A stretch of 64,000 nucleotides of DNA from an uncultured Actinomycetes bacterium (lineage in GTDB: Bacteria > Actinomycetota > UBA4738 > HRBIN12). The translations under genes and the position numbers were made by a program. A model generated the notes under the pieces. The model worked only from the letters and a program-made list of their open reading frames with translations, was not told the DNA's origin and made no database searches. The DNA lies in assembly GCA_963710985.1 (NCBI GenBank), contig CAVQCI010000003.1, positions 812,654 to 876,653 on the forward strand, given 5' to 3'. Shown piece by piece: positions 46,452-56,006 of the stretch (positions are counted from its first letter, which is position 1; each line of letters starts with the position of its first letter).

Positions 46452-46985
46452 CTACCCGGTCGTGTCGCCGGGCCCGCCCCGTTCGTGGAGCGCGTACATC
46501 AGCATCGGGGCGCCGCCCCACACCGCGATGCGCTCGGGCGTCATCCCGAGCTTCTCCGCGACCCTGCGGGAGGCGACGTTGCGTTCACTCACCATCGAGA
46601 CGATCCGCTCAAGGCCGAACACGCCGAACGCCGCGTCCCGCCACGCGGCGGCAGCCTCGGTCGCGATCCCTCGCCCCCAGTGGGACCTGCGCACGATCCA
46701 GCCGAGCTCGACCTCTGGGGTTCCCTCGACCGTTGTCGCGATCAGCCCGCAGTCGCCCACGAGCTCACCGGTGCCCCGCAGCAGCACCGCGCATCGACCG
46801 AACCCGTCCGTGTCGTAGCGCGCGAGGTTCCGTTCGATCCAGGCGCGAGCCCCGTCGCGATCCAGGGCCTCGCCCCACAAGGCGAGGGCATCGACGTCGC
46901 CCAGGAGCGCGGCCATCGCATCCAGGTCCTCGAGGCACAGCGGCCTGAGCGCGAGCCGCTCGGTCTGCAGGTGCGGTGGAGCCAT
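46452..46985 (-). CDS. GNAT-family N-acetyltransferase (RimJ/RimL-like)
   Basis: LQTERLALRPLCLEDLDAMAALLGD..VGDCGL..GWIVRRSHWGRGIATEAAAA..ERIVSMVSERNVASRRVAEKLGM. Confidence 0.85.
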   Translation of the reverse strand: MAPPHLQTERLALRPLCLEDLDAMAALLGDVDALALWGEALDRDGARAWIERNLARYDTDGFGRCAVLLRGTGELVGDCGLIATTVEGTPEVELGWIVRRSHWGRGIATEAAAAWRDAAFGVFGLERIVSMVSERNVASRRVAEKLGMTPERIAVWGGAPMLMYALHERGGPGDTTG

Positions 46986-47061
46986 CTGTGCGTCGCACGA
47001 TACGACCATCGTGAACCGCTCCGCCGCCTAGGCTGGAGCGATCTCGACGAAGGAGCCAGAC

Positions 47062-48015
47062 GTGCCGCACCTCGGATTGCAGCTGCCCAGCTTCACCTTC
47101 CCCGACGTACCGGACGACCGGCTGTTCGAGCGGATCGCGGAGATCGCGGTCGCGGCGGAGGAGGGCGGGTTCGACTCCTTCTGGGTGATGGACCACTACC
47201 ACCAGATCGCGAACGTGGGTCCGGCCACCGACCCGATGCTCGAGGCCTACACGCTCCTGAGCGCCGTTGCCGCACGGACCTCGCGCGCGCAGCTGGGCGC
47301 GATGGTCACGGGCGTGACCTACCGCAACCCCGCGTTCCTCGCGAAGGTCGTGACCACGCTCGACATCGTCTCGTCGGGCAGGGCGATCCTCGGGATCGGC
47401 GCCGCGTGGAACGAGGAGGAGTCGCGCGCCTATGGCTACGACTGGCCAACGACCGCCGAGCGGTTCGCGCGACTCGAGGACGCGCTGCGGATCTGCCGCG
47501 CGATGTTCCGACAGCAGGAGACGACGCTGGAGGGAACCGTCCACCACGTCGACCACGCGCTGAACGTCCCGCAGCCCGTGCGTCTCGGCGGTCCGCCGAT
47601 CCTCGTCGGGGGCGGCGGCGAGCGCAAGACGCTTCGGCTCGTGGCGCGCTACGCGGACATGTGGAACGGGTTCGGCGACCTCGCCACGATCGGGCACAAG
47701 CTCGACGTGCTGCAGGAGCACTGCGACGCGGAGGGGCGCGACCGCCGCGAGATCGTGGCGACGCGACTGGGCACCCTGATCGTCGGAGAGGACGCGGACG
47801 ACGCCATGCGCCGCCGACGCGCGTGGCAGGAGGCTCGGGGCGTCGACGACGATTCGGTCGCGATGCGCCTCACCTGGGGTGACGCCGAGGCCGTCGCCGA
47901 ACAGGCGCGAGGGTTCCTCGACGTCGGGCTGGACGGCCTGCTCTTCAACATGCCGGCCGGCTCGAGCGTGGACGACGTGGCGCGGGCCGGCGCGGCGCTC
48001 GCGATGGTCCGTTAG
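47062..48015 (+). CDS. LLM-class (luciferase-like) F420-dependent oxidoreductase
   Basis: FDSFWVMDHYHQ..GAMVTGVTYRNPAFLAKVVTTLDIVSSGRAILGIGAAWNEEE. RBS AAGGAG. Confidence 0.9.
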   Translation: MPHLGLQLPSFTFPDVPDDRLFERIAEIAVAAEEGGFDSFWVMDHYHQIANVGPATDPMLEAYTLLSAVAARTSRAQLGAMVTGVTYRNPAFLAKVVTTLDIVSSGRAILGIGAAWNEEESRAYGYDWPTTAERFARLEDALRICRAMFRQQETTLEGTVHHVDHALNVPQPVRLGGPPILVGGGGERKTLRLVARYADMWNGFGDLATIGHKLDVLQEHCDAEGRDRREIVATRLGTLIVGEDADDAMRRRRAWQEARGVDDDSVAMRLTWGDAEAVAEQARGFLDVGLDGLLFNMPAGSSVDDVARAGAALAMVR

Positions 48016-48026
48016 GCGCCCGCGCG

Positions 48027-48836
48027 TCAACCCTTGCGCGCGAGCACGGCGAGGTAGGCGTTGTCGAGCCGGACGCCGCCGTCCTCCGCGACGGCGAACG
48101 CCCGCACGAGGTCCGCCAGCCCGTCGCGGAACCTCGCGTAGCGCTCCGGCGGGAGCATGGCCTTCAGGATCACGTACCCGCCCGTGTTGGCCTCGAAGAA
48201 CGAGGTCGCGGCCTGCACCGACGCGAAGCGGAACGTGGCGGCGCGCGGCTCGGTCTCGACCGAGCAGGCCAGTCGGGCGAAGCGCCGCTCTACCTCCTCG
48301 GGCTCTCCCCATGCCATCGGCGACGGGAGCCCCGGCGGCGCCGGCGGTCCGAACGAGGCGAGCAAGGTAGAGGTCCGGCCGGAGAACCCCTCGGCGCTCC
48401 AGTTCGCCATCACGACGATCCCCCCGGGTTTGGCGACACGGAAGAGCTCTGCTGCGGCGACGTCGGGCCGCGGGGCGAACATCGCGCCGAAGGCGGAGCC
48501 GACGACGTCGAAGCTGCCGTCGTCGAACGGGAGGTCCTCGGCGTCGGCCTCGTGCCACTCGACGTCGAGGCCGGCTCCGGCGGTGCGCTCGCGGCCCCAC
48601 GCGACCATCTGGGGCGCGAAGTCCGAGGCGACCACGATCGCGCCACGCGCGCCGGCCGCGGCCGCGAAGTTCCCCGTGCCGGCCGCGACGTCGAGCACGG
48701 ACGTGCCGGGCCCGACCCCGGCGCGATCGGCGAGCGATCCGGCCTCGGGCTGGAGCGCCTCGGCGATCCGCCGGTAGTCCCCGAGACCCCACATCATCTG
48801 GGCCCCTTGCTTCAGTTGCGCGAACGGATCGTCCAT
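48027..48836 (-). CDS. Class I SAM-dependent methyltransferase
   Basis: VLDVAAGTGNFAAAAGARGAIVVASDFAPQMV..FDVVGSAFGAMF..KPGGIVVMANW. C-terminal part of artefactual ORF 48027..49376. Confidence 0.85.
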   Translation of the reverse strand: MDDPFAQLKQGAQMMWGLGDYRRIAEALQPEAGSLADRAGVGPGTSVLDVAAGTGNFAAAAGARGAIVVASDFAPQMVAWGRERTAGAGLDVEWHEADAEDLPFDDGSFDVVGSAFGAMFAPRPDVAAAELFRVAKPGGIVVMANWSAEGFSGRTSTLLASFGPPAPPGLPSPMAWGEPEEVERRFARLACSVETEPRAATFRFASVQAATSFFEANTGGYVILKAMLPPERYARFRDGLADLVRAFAVAEDGGVRLDNAYLAVLARKG

Positions 48837-49086
48837 CCTCGAGTTCCTCCGGGCGCCAGCAACGGAGCATCGGACGTGGGCGCGGGCGCCGCAGCGGACG
48901 GGGGACACAACCGGCGGCCCGGCCTCTTGTGCCTTCCGTGGATGGACCGAAGGCGCGAGCCGTGCTTGCCTTCCTGTGCGCGTCTGCGGCATCCCGTACC
49001 GAGAGCCCCCGGGACGAACGACCCTTCGGTGGAAGCCGGGGGCGAGAGACGCTTCACGTGGGTCGCGATCGGAGGAGGCTGTCGGG

Positions 49087-49926
49087 ATGCTGCCTGCGAA
49101 CGACGCCGACCGCGTGCGTCGGTCGCAACGACGCACGATGCGGCTGTTCGCCGGGACGGTGCTGTCGGTCCTCGCCATGTCCGGCCTCGTCGCCGGATCG
49201 GGGGTGGGCGCGCCGTCGCCCGCGCGGAGCGCCGTGACCGTGATGGTCGTCCTGTCGTTCTTGGGCAACGGCGTGGGCGCGATCGTCTCCGCGTTCACCA
49301 CGCGACGGATCCGGAGCCGGGCGATGCTCGGGTCGACCCCGCCGAGGCCCGGCTCGGAGGTCCCCGCTGGTCCCACGGCACCGCCGATGCCGGGATGGCC
49401 AACCGAGTATCCCGCCCGCGCGCTGCCCGCCGAACGGACGGGGCCGTGGGTGAGCAGGACGCTCGGGATCGCGGCGCTGCTCGCGTTCGGGTGGTTCGTG
49501 GCCTGGGGGCTCGTGGTGCAGACGGGGATCGGATCGCATCAGCAACGGCTCCTCACCGAAGGGACGCGCGCCCTCGCAACGGTCGAATGGGTGTCGTCCT
49601 CGAGCGAGGGTCTGCCGATCGGGGCCGACGCCGGGCGGATCGGTGTCGGGTTCTGGGACCGCGACGTCCGGATCCACGCCACGATCCACCTCCGCGACGG
49701 AAGCCCCACCTATCGGGTCGGGCAACCCGTCGAGATCTGGTACGACCCGGCCTCACCCGCCGCGTGGGTGGTCACGCGCGACGAACCGAACCGTCCGCCA
49801 CTCGCGACGGTGCTGGGCTACCTCGCGATCGTTGCGCTCGTCTTCGCGCTGGTGGTCGGCGCCGTGCAGGTGGTGAAGATGGTCGCTTGGTTCTCCGGCG
49901 CGGCGCGAGCTCCGGGGCCGAGCTGA
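49087..49926 (+). CDS. Membrane protein, DUF3592-like (TM - beta domain - TM), hypothetical
   Basis: RBS GGAGGAGG. TM helices flanking a soluble domain (ATVEWVSSS..RVGQPVEIWYDPASP) then TM LGYLAIVALVFALVVGAV. Confidence 0.5.
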   Translation: MLPANDADRVRRSQRRTMRLFAGTVLSVLAMSGLVAGSGVGAPSPARSAVTVMVVLSFLGNGVGAIVSAFTTRRIRSRAMLGSTPPRPGSEVPAGPTAPPMPGWPTEYPARALPAERTGPWVSRTLGIAALLAFGWFVAWGLVVQTGIGSHQQRLLTEGTRALATVEWVSSSSEGLPIGADAGRIGVGFWDRDVRIHATIHLRDGSPTYRVGQPVEIWYDPASPAAWVVTRDEPNRPPLATVLGYLAIVALVFALVVGAVQVVKMVAWFSGAARAPGPS

Positions 49927-49928
49927 CC

Positions 49929-50147
49929 TCAGGACCGAACGGCCGGATGCTCCACGAGCGCGATCACGCGGCTCGTCATGAAGCGCGCGGTCCGTACGAC
50001 CGAGCCGCCGCGCGTGACCTCCGAGACCTCGATCAGCGTCCGGCCGGTCGTGACCTCGACCCGCCGGCCCGCGCGCGTCGCGACGACGTCGAACACCTTC
50101 ACGCCGTCACCGACGTCCACCGTAACCTCGACGCGGTCACCCCGCAT
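49929..50147 (-). CDS. Small hypothetical protein (72 aa)
   Basis: MRGDRVEVTVDVGDGVKVFDVVATRAGRRVEVTTGRTLIEVSEV.. has protein-like composition. C-terminal part of ORF 49929..50354. Confidence 0.3.
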   Translation of the reverse strand: MRGDRVEVTVDVGDGVKVFDVVATRAGRRVEVTTGRTLIEVSEVTRGGSVVRTARFMTSRVIALVEHPAVRS

Positions 50148-50609
50148 GTGTCCATCGTAGGCCGAGCGGCGTTCGCGGCGCTCGGCCTCAACCCGCCGCG
50201 CTCTTGCGGCGGTGGGAAGAGAGGCGGACCAGGCGACCGCGCAATCGATATCCGCGTCGCAGATGGATCCTGTTCGGCAGGTGCCCGAACCGTCTGTTAC
50301 ACGGCACCACCTCGGCTCGAGGCTCGAGATGGGGGGAGGGATCGAGGAACGCACGGCGCCGATCGGTCGGCTTCACGGCTATCACCTCTTCCACCTCCGA
50401 CGGTAAGCGCGCCGCGCGCCTCGGGCAAGGCCGGCCGGTCCTGAGGTCGTGGGACCGATGTGGCCCGAGACACGGGCGGCCGGCGTGCCGGATGGCCTCG
50501 TCTGCGGCAGGGGTGTGGTCGAGGGGCCCCCCCTCGTGGCCCACCGGTCCGGGTAACGAACGGACCGGGACGCGGTCCGCATCCCGGTCCATCCTGACCC
50601 GCGTGATCG

Positions 50610-50816
50610 CTAGTTCACCTCGCGCTGCAGCAGGACGGGCAGCGCCGTGCTCGGCTGCGCCGCGGGGGAGTACGACGGGTGGTGCGTCAGGTCGAGCGCT
50701 GCGACCTCCCAGCCGTCCTTGCCGAGCTCGCTCAGGCGCTCCACGACCTCCTTGAGGTGCACCTCGTAGTGCTCGTAGAACGGCAGCTCCTCGATCCGGT
50801 ACTCGATCGTCTTCAT
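50610..50816 (-). CDS. DUF4177-family small protein
   Basis: MKTIEYRIEELPFYEHYEVHLKEVVERLSELGKDGWEVAALDL. Hairpin CCGGTCCG-N9-CGGACCGG lies downstream. Confidence 0.6.
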   Translation of the reverse strand: MKTIEYRIEELPFYEHYEVHLKEVVERLSELGKDGWEVAALDLTHHPSYSPAAQPSTALPVLLQREVN

Positions 50817-50886
50817 GGCCGCCTCCTTCCGTCCCCAGCCTGCGGCGAGCGGCTCCGGCGGTCAGTGACCCTGGTGCGTCGCGGAC

Positions 50887-51660
50887 GTGACCCAGGTCAC
50901 GAGGCCTAAGCTGGTACTGGACGGCCCAGCCAGGACGGCGAACGTGCTCGACGAACTCGTTGACGACGGGCTCCAGGAGGGGTTCCTCTCCTCCCTTCCG
51001 CGGGAGGCGGCGGAGCGGCTCTTGGGCGAGGCGATCCGGATCCGGGTGCCTGCCGGCGCTGTCGTGTATCGCGACGGCGAGACGCCGCGCGTGCTCATCG
51101 TGGTGAGCGGGCTGCTGCGGACCTTCCTGAGCTCCGCCGACGGACGGCAGGTCACGGTGCGATACGCGCGCAGCGGAGACGTGGCGGGGCTGGTCCTGGT
51201 GCTGAACGGTCTCGCGCCGACCAGCGTCCAGGCGATGACGACCGCGTCGCTGGTGGCCGTCAAACCCGACACGCTCCGTTCGCTGATCGCGTCTGACCCC
51301 GACGTGGCGCGCGCCTGCGCGGAGGAGCTGACCCGACAGCTCCGCCGGGCGCTCGACGACATCTCCGAGCACGCGTTCCTGTCGGTCCGGGAGCGACTCG
51401 TCCGCCAGCTGCTCGACCTGGCATCGCCGGGGCGGGGCCGACACCTCGTCGTGCGCGCGAGCCAGCAGGAGCTCGCCGACGCGGTGGGGTCGGTCCGTGA
51501 GGTCGTGGCAAGGACGCTCCATCACCTACGGGAAGAGGGGCTGATCCGGCGCTCGAGCGAAGGGATCGTGCTGGTGGATGCGGTACGGCTCGCCGAGGAG
51601 ACGATCGACCCACGACCGGGACGGGCGCATCTGCGTGCGGCCTCACGTCCGGCGTCTTAA
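50887..51660 (+). CDS. Crp/Fnr-family transcriptional regulator (cNMP-binding + HTH)
   Basis: VYRDGETPRVLIVVSGLLR..SQQELADAVGSVREVVARTLHHLREEGLIRR. True start probably downstream of 50887 (GTG ~50944). Confidence 0.8.
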   Translation: MTQVTRPKLVLDGPARTANVLDELVDDGLQEGFLSSLPREAAERLLGEAIRIRVPAGAVVYRDGETPRVLIVVSGLLRTFLSSADGRQVTVRYARSGDVAGLVLVLNGLAPTSVQAMTTASLVAVKPDTLRSLIASDPDVARACAEELTRQLRRALDDISEHAFLSVRERLVRQLLDLASPGRGRHLVVRASQQELADAVGSVREVVARTLHHLREEGLIRRSSEGIVLVDAVRLAEETIDPRPGRAHLRAASRPAS

Positions 51661-51714
51661 CGGCGTAGAGTCGCGACACAACCGAGACGGGTCCCTTCGG
51701 CGAGGGAGGTCGGT

Positions 51715-51834
51715 ATGGCCAACAAGGACAAGGGCGGCTCGAAGGACAAGAAGGTCGCTTCGAAGAGCCTCAAGGAGAAGCGCCAGGCCAAGAAGGCCAA
51801 GGCGGACGCGCAGCGACGAACGACCGATCGCTGA
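51715..51834 (+). CDS. Small Lys-rich basic protein (39 aa), below the 60-aa cutoff of the ORF track
   Basis: Strong RBS GAGGGAGG 6 nt before ATG. MANKDKGGSKDKKVASKSLKEKRQAKKAKADAQRRTTDR. Confidence 0.45.
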   Translation: MANKDKGGSKDKKVASKSLKEKRQAKKAKADAQRRTTDR

Positions 51835-51843
51835 ACCGCGTCT

Positions 51844-52488
51844 TCAGACGCGCGGGAGCGTGACGACCGTGAGGAGCGTGTAGGCGAGCAGGCCGAGCGC
51901 CAGCCCGTTCGCCGCGATCCTGATCCGTCGGATCCTTGAAGCGCTGGGGCACCGCGGTCAGGACCAGCACCGAGGCGAACAACACGGTGCCGCGGACGTA
52001 CTTGTTCGCGGTTTCCCTCGCGTCGGTGCCCTCTGCGAACAAGGCCGAGGCCCGATCGTTGAGCCGTTGGGCCTGCACGAGGTCGGGGTTGCGGAAGTCC
52101 GGCATGTACCCGGGTCCGGCCGGGGCCGACGGATCCGTGAACGGGTCCGTCTGTAGCCAGTCGTCGAACGCGGCCCGGTAGTCGGGGCTGAACCGTCGCT
52201 CCAACACCGCCTCGAGCTCCGTATCGTGCGCGTTGCGAGCTTGGAGCCACGCGGTGAACATCGTGGCGTCGGCGACGAGCGATCTGTCCGCCGCGCGTGG
52301 ACGCAGCATCGGCGGCGAACCGCTGGGTCGATGCCTGTCCGTAGAGCATCGCTTGGCGCCCGCCCCACTGCGTCGCCTGGTAGCCGCTCCACGCCGTCGC
52401 GATGGCCACGAGGGCCAGCACGAGGACCTCGACGATCTCGACCCTCTCGTCGCGCGCCCGGTCGTCGCTGGCCGGTTCGTCGGTCATC
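51844..52488 (-). CDS. DUF4337-like membrane protein; frameshifted twice (~nt 52310 and ~nt 51935)
   Basis: N-terminal MTDEPASDDRARDERVEIVEVLVLALVAIATAWSGYQATQWGG in frame of ORF 51657..53033. Middle in ORF 51770..52309. Terminal TM RIRIAANGLALGLLAYTLLTVVTLPRV-stop only in a third frame. Confidence 0.45.
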
Positions 52489-52492
52489 GCGG

Positions 52493-53182
52493 TTACCCGG
52501 GGAGCACGTTGATCGCACGTGCGATCACCAGGATGGCCGTCACCAAGGAGACGGCCGACTGCACCAGCATCGTCATCTTCGCCCACGTCCGCACCGGCAG
52601 CGTGTCGGTGGGGCTGAACGCGGTGGCGTTCGTGAACGCGAGGTAGAGGTAGTCGGGGTACCTCGGGATCCAACCGTCGGCCGCGAACTCGGGCGTGGCA
52701 TTCTCCGGGAAGGCGAAGCTCGGCGGGATCGAGGAACCTGCCCCTCGCTCCGCGGGTCCACCGCGGTCGAGCTCCCAGTACCAGAGGCTGAACACGATGA
52801 CGTTCGTCACCCACAGCGCCGAGCCGCGTCCGAGCAGGTCGGTCGCGGTGAGGGGGCGGCTGGTGAGGATGTCGTGCAGCAGGATCGCCACCCCGACCAC
52901 GGTGCCCACGGTCATCACGGCGATCAACGTGATCGTGACACGCCGCGCCCGCGCGCTTCGATCGTCGATGCGGCCGGGGTCGACCACGATCAGCACGCAG
53001 AGCAGCGCGAACTCCAGCACGGGGAAGATCCACCAGAAGGGCACGCGCCCCTGATGCGGCGTCCCCACCTGGAAGGCGATCGCACCGAGTACCGCCAGCG
53101 CCATGGGCCAGCGACGCTCCGGGTGGGTCGCCGCCGGCAGCTCCCGTCGGCCCGCTGCTTCTCCATGCGGCGGTTCGCCCAT
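52493..53182 (-). CDS. DUF1345-family membrane protein
   Basis: MALAVLGAIAFQV..WWIFPVLEFALLCVLIVV..VFSLWYWELDRGGPAERG..YPDYLYLAFTNATAFSPTD. C-terminal part of ORF 52493..53449. Confidence 0.65.
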   Translation of the reverse strand: MGEPPHGEAAGRRELPAATHPERRWPMALAVLGAIAFQVGTPHQGRVPFWWIFPVLEFALLCVLIVVDPGRIDDRSARARRVTITLIAVMTVGTVVGVAILLHDILTSRPLTATDLLGRGSALWVTNVIVFSLWYWELDRGGPAERGAGSSIPPSFAFPENATPEFAADGWIPRYPDYLYLAFTNATAFSPTDTLPVRTWAKMTMLVQSAVSLVTAILVIARAINVLPG

Positions 53183-53241
53183 CTCCCCTCCGATCTCAGG
53201 GGCGAGGCTAGCCGACCGCCGACATGCCCGGATAGCCCTCG

Positions 53242-53733
53242 TCAGTCCCTGTTCGGCAGGGCTTCTCGGAGGCGGTCGAGGAACGGCGCCTGGGACCCGA
53301 TGATCTTGGCCCGGGCCGCCTCGACGTCGAACCAGGCGACCCGGTCGATCTCGGGGAACTCCCGAACCTTGCCGGACCGTGGCGGCCATTCGAGCTCGAA
53401 CGTGTTGCTCACCGCCTCGGCTGGATCGAGGTCGCCCTCGGCGGCCCACGCCTGCACGAGCTTGCCCGACCGCTGACGGACCTCTCCGAGCGCGATCAGC
53501 GGGCCCGACGGGGCCGGGTGTCCCGTCTCCTCAGCGAACTCGCGTCGCGCGACGTCGATGGGCTCCTCATCGGGTTCGAGCTCGCCCTTGAGGACGGTCC
53601 AGTGACCGTCGTCCTTGTTCGCGAAGAACGGTCCTCCGGGGTGGCCGAGGAGGATCTGCAGCGTGTCACGACGCGTCCGGAAGAGCAGGAGCCCGGCGCT
53701 CCGGCGGGCCGATCGTGAGGTGGCGCTCGGCAT
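53242..53733 (-). CDS. NUDIX hydrolase
   Basis: Nudix box GHPGGPFFANKDDGHWTVLKGELEPDEEPIDVARREFAEETG. Confidence 0.85.
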   Translation of the reverse strand: MPSATSRSARRSAGLLLFRTRRDTLQILLGHPGGPFFANKDDGHWTVLKGELEPDEEPIDVARREFAEETGHPAPSGPLIALGEVRQRSGKLVQAWAAEGDLDPAEAVSNTFELEWPPRSGKVREFPEIDRVAWFDVEAARAKIIGSQAPFLDRLREALPNRD

Positions 53734-53814
53734 CGTCGGATGATGACACGCCAACACGGACGCCGGATCGGCGACCGTCGGTGGCCCTTCCTGCGTCTCG
53801 GTGGGTTGCGCTCG

Positions 53815-54237
53815 CTACGTGGTCATCATCCCGTGCGCGGCGAGCCCGTAGATCACGAACATGTCGATCATGATCACGGTCAACGCGAACAGCGGCAGCA
53901 CCGGCAGTGCGAACAGCCAGAAGATGCAGCTGAGGGACGCGAGCACGATCCCCACGAACGGCCCTGCCTTCATCCGGGCGAGCAGCATGACCGCGCCGAT
54001 GAACACGACCGCGCTCCAGACCACCGCCACCCATCCCCAGGTGTTCAGCGTGCTCCACAGCAGGCCGCCCTCGGACAGGTACGCCTTGTCGGCGAGCGCG
54101 CCGAGCCCCCAGAACAGGTTCGCGAACGCCGCGATCAGGAACGCCACCCCGGCGAACGTCACCCACCCCGAGCGCACACCCTCCTCGGCCGCGATCGCGC
54201 CGTCGGGCACGACGTAGGGCTTCGTTGCGGTGGCCAT
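53815..54237 (-). CDS. DUF7144-family membrane protein
   Basis: RBS GAAGGAGG. MATATKPYVVPDGAIAAEEGVRSGWVTFAGVAFLIAAFANLFWGLGALADKAY. 4 TM. Confidence 0.65.
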   Translation of the reverse strand: MATATKPYVVPDGAIAAEEGVRSGWVTFAGVAFLIAAFANLFWGLGALADKAYLSEGGLLWSTLNTWGWVAVVWSAVVFIGAVMLLARMKAGPFVGIVLASLSCIFWLFALPVLPLFALTVIMIDMFVIYGLAAHGMMTT

Positions 54238-54379
54238 CTCTGCCTCCTTCCCCTCTCGTTCGGCAGGCCCCCGGCCCCGCGGGCACACCGTCCAAGGCCG
54301 GGAGAAGGCCTATCGCCACGGTAGCGCGCCCGAAGAGACCGTCCACGGTCCGTTCGACCGACGTCGCGCGGGACCCGCG

Positions 54380-55970
54380 CTACGCGCCGACGAGGTCCCG
54401 GCGACCGAAGGCCTCGATGCCGAGCGCGGCGGCCAGGAGGCCGAGGCCGACCAGCCAGGCAGCCGCCGTCCAGTTCGGCTCGGCGGCGGGAGCCGGCGTG
54501 ATGTGCAGCAGCGGCGACGTGTCGCGCAGCCAGTGGTTCGCGTCGAAGACCGCGGCGAGGGTCTCGACGAGGAAGGACCAGACGACGAGGCCGTAGGCGA
54601 TACCGATCGCCGCCCGAGGCCACAGCCCGAAGGCGAGGGCGCCGACGCCGAGCACGAACACGGCCGGCGGAGCGACGTTCAGCCCCGCCTGCACCAGGTC
54701 GCCGAGGGCCAGGCCGCTGTGCTGCGTCACCGCCCCGACCCACGCCGCGACGCCGGCGAACACGCTCGCGGCCAGGACGAGGCCCACGCCCACGCCCAGC
54801 CGCACGCCCAGCCATCGTCGGCGTTCGACCGGTCGCACGAGGAGGTTGTCGAGGTGCCCGGACGCTTCTTCGTTGCGGATCGCCGCGATCTGTCCGGCCA
54901 CCGCGATCGCGACGAGCCCCGCGGCGATCAGGAACACGAACCCCAGATACAGAGCCGCCCCGGCGCTCCTGCCCCCCAGACGGAGATCGACGCGCTCGAG
55001 CCCGGGAGAGCCCTTCATCGCGCTGCCGGCCGCCTGGGTCACCAGTCCGAACACCAACCCGCAGGCACCGAGGACGGCCACCCAGGCGACGACCGCCGGG
55101 CGGGTCAGGCGGATCGTCAGCCCGGCCTGACCTCCCAGCAGGAGGGTCCGCGGAGGTGGCGTATCCCGGCCCGCGAACGCGCTCGCACCCAGGTCGCGCC
55201 GGCTCGCGATCTGGATCGCGACCATCGCGAGCACGAGGGTCAGCGCGACGATCGGCACGAACCCGAGCGGGTCTGACCCCGTGAGCGCGTGCAGCTCCTC
55301 GATCCAGCCGAGCGGGCTCGCCCACCGAAGCCACGCGAACTGCGGGTCGGAGTCGGCCACCATCCTGATCAGGTACGAGGCGGCGAGCACACCGGCGCCG
55401 AACAGGTTGGCGTCGTGCCGGCTGGCCGCCAGCTGACCGGCGAGCATGCCCACCGCCATGAACATCGCGGCCGCGGCTCACGACCGCCGTGGCGAAGTAC
55501 AGCGACGTGCCGACACCGATCCCGACCTTCCCGCTCGAACCTGCGGCGACGGCGAGGACGGCGGTCGGCACCCACATGGCCACGACCGCGACGCCCGAGC
55601 CGATCGCGGCCTGCGCCGCTGCGCTGCCCCGGGTCGTGCGTCCGGACAGGAACAGCTCCCACCTGCCCGCGTCCTCCTCGCCGCGGAGCGACCGGGTCGC
55701 GGCGAACAGCCCCCAGATCGCGCCGAGGATGATCAGGGAGAACATCGTCTTGTAGGCCGTGTACCCCGCCACGGTGTCGATCCGCCGGATCTGGCCGAAG
55801 ACGGCCTCGAACCCGGCGTTGCCCTGCACCGATAGCGCGAGCTGGGCGCGCGAGGCGGCCGTCGGGAAGGTGGAGGAGAAGGCGGTCTCGGTCGCAGCGA
55901 TCGTCGCGCCGAAGACCAAGCCCCACAGGGCGCCGGCGCGGCCGGCGCGCCGGGCCGTGGTGACGGCCAC
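54380..55970 (-). CDS. ABC-2-type exporter permease; single frameshift ~nt 55470
   Basis: N-terminal third in frame of ORF 54159..55970 (LWGLVFGATIAATETAFSSTFP..YKTMFSLIILGAIWGLFAATRSL). Rest in ORF 54380..55465. ~12 TM in total. Confidence 0.7.
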
Positions 55971-56006
55971 GGTCCTGCGACGCGCGGCGCTCCCCGTAGC
56001 GCCTCC

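Noticed and set aside
44863-48870. 651-aa + ORF (44863..46818) and 701-aa minus ORF (46765..48870)
   Set aside because: Antisense to the SBP gene and to the LLM oxidoreductase respectively. The real genes have strong family signatures and RBSs.
48552-50444. 630-aa + ORF
   Set aside because: Overlaps the methyltransferase (antisense) and the DUF3592-like gene out of frame. Arg/Gly-rich with no motifs.
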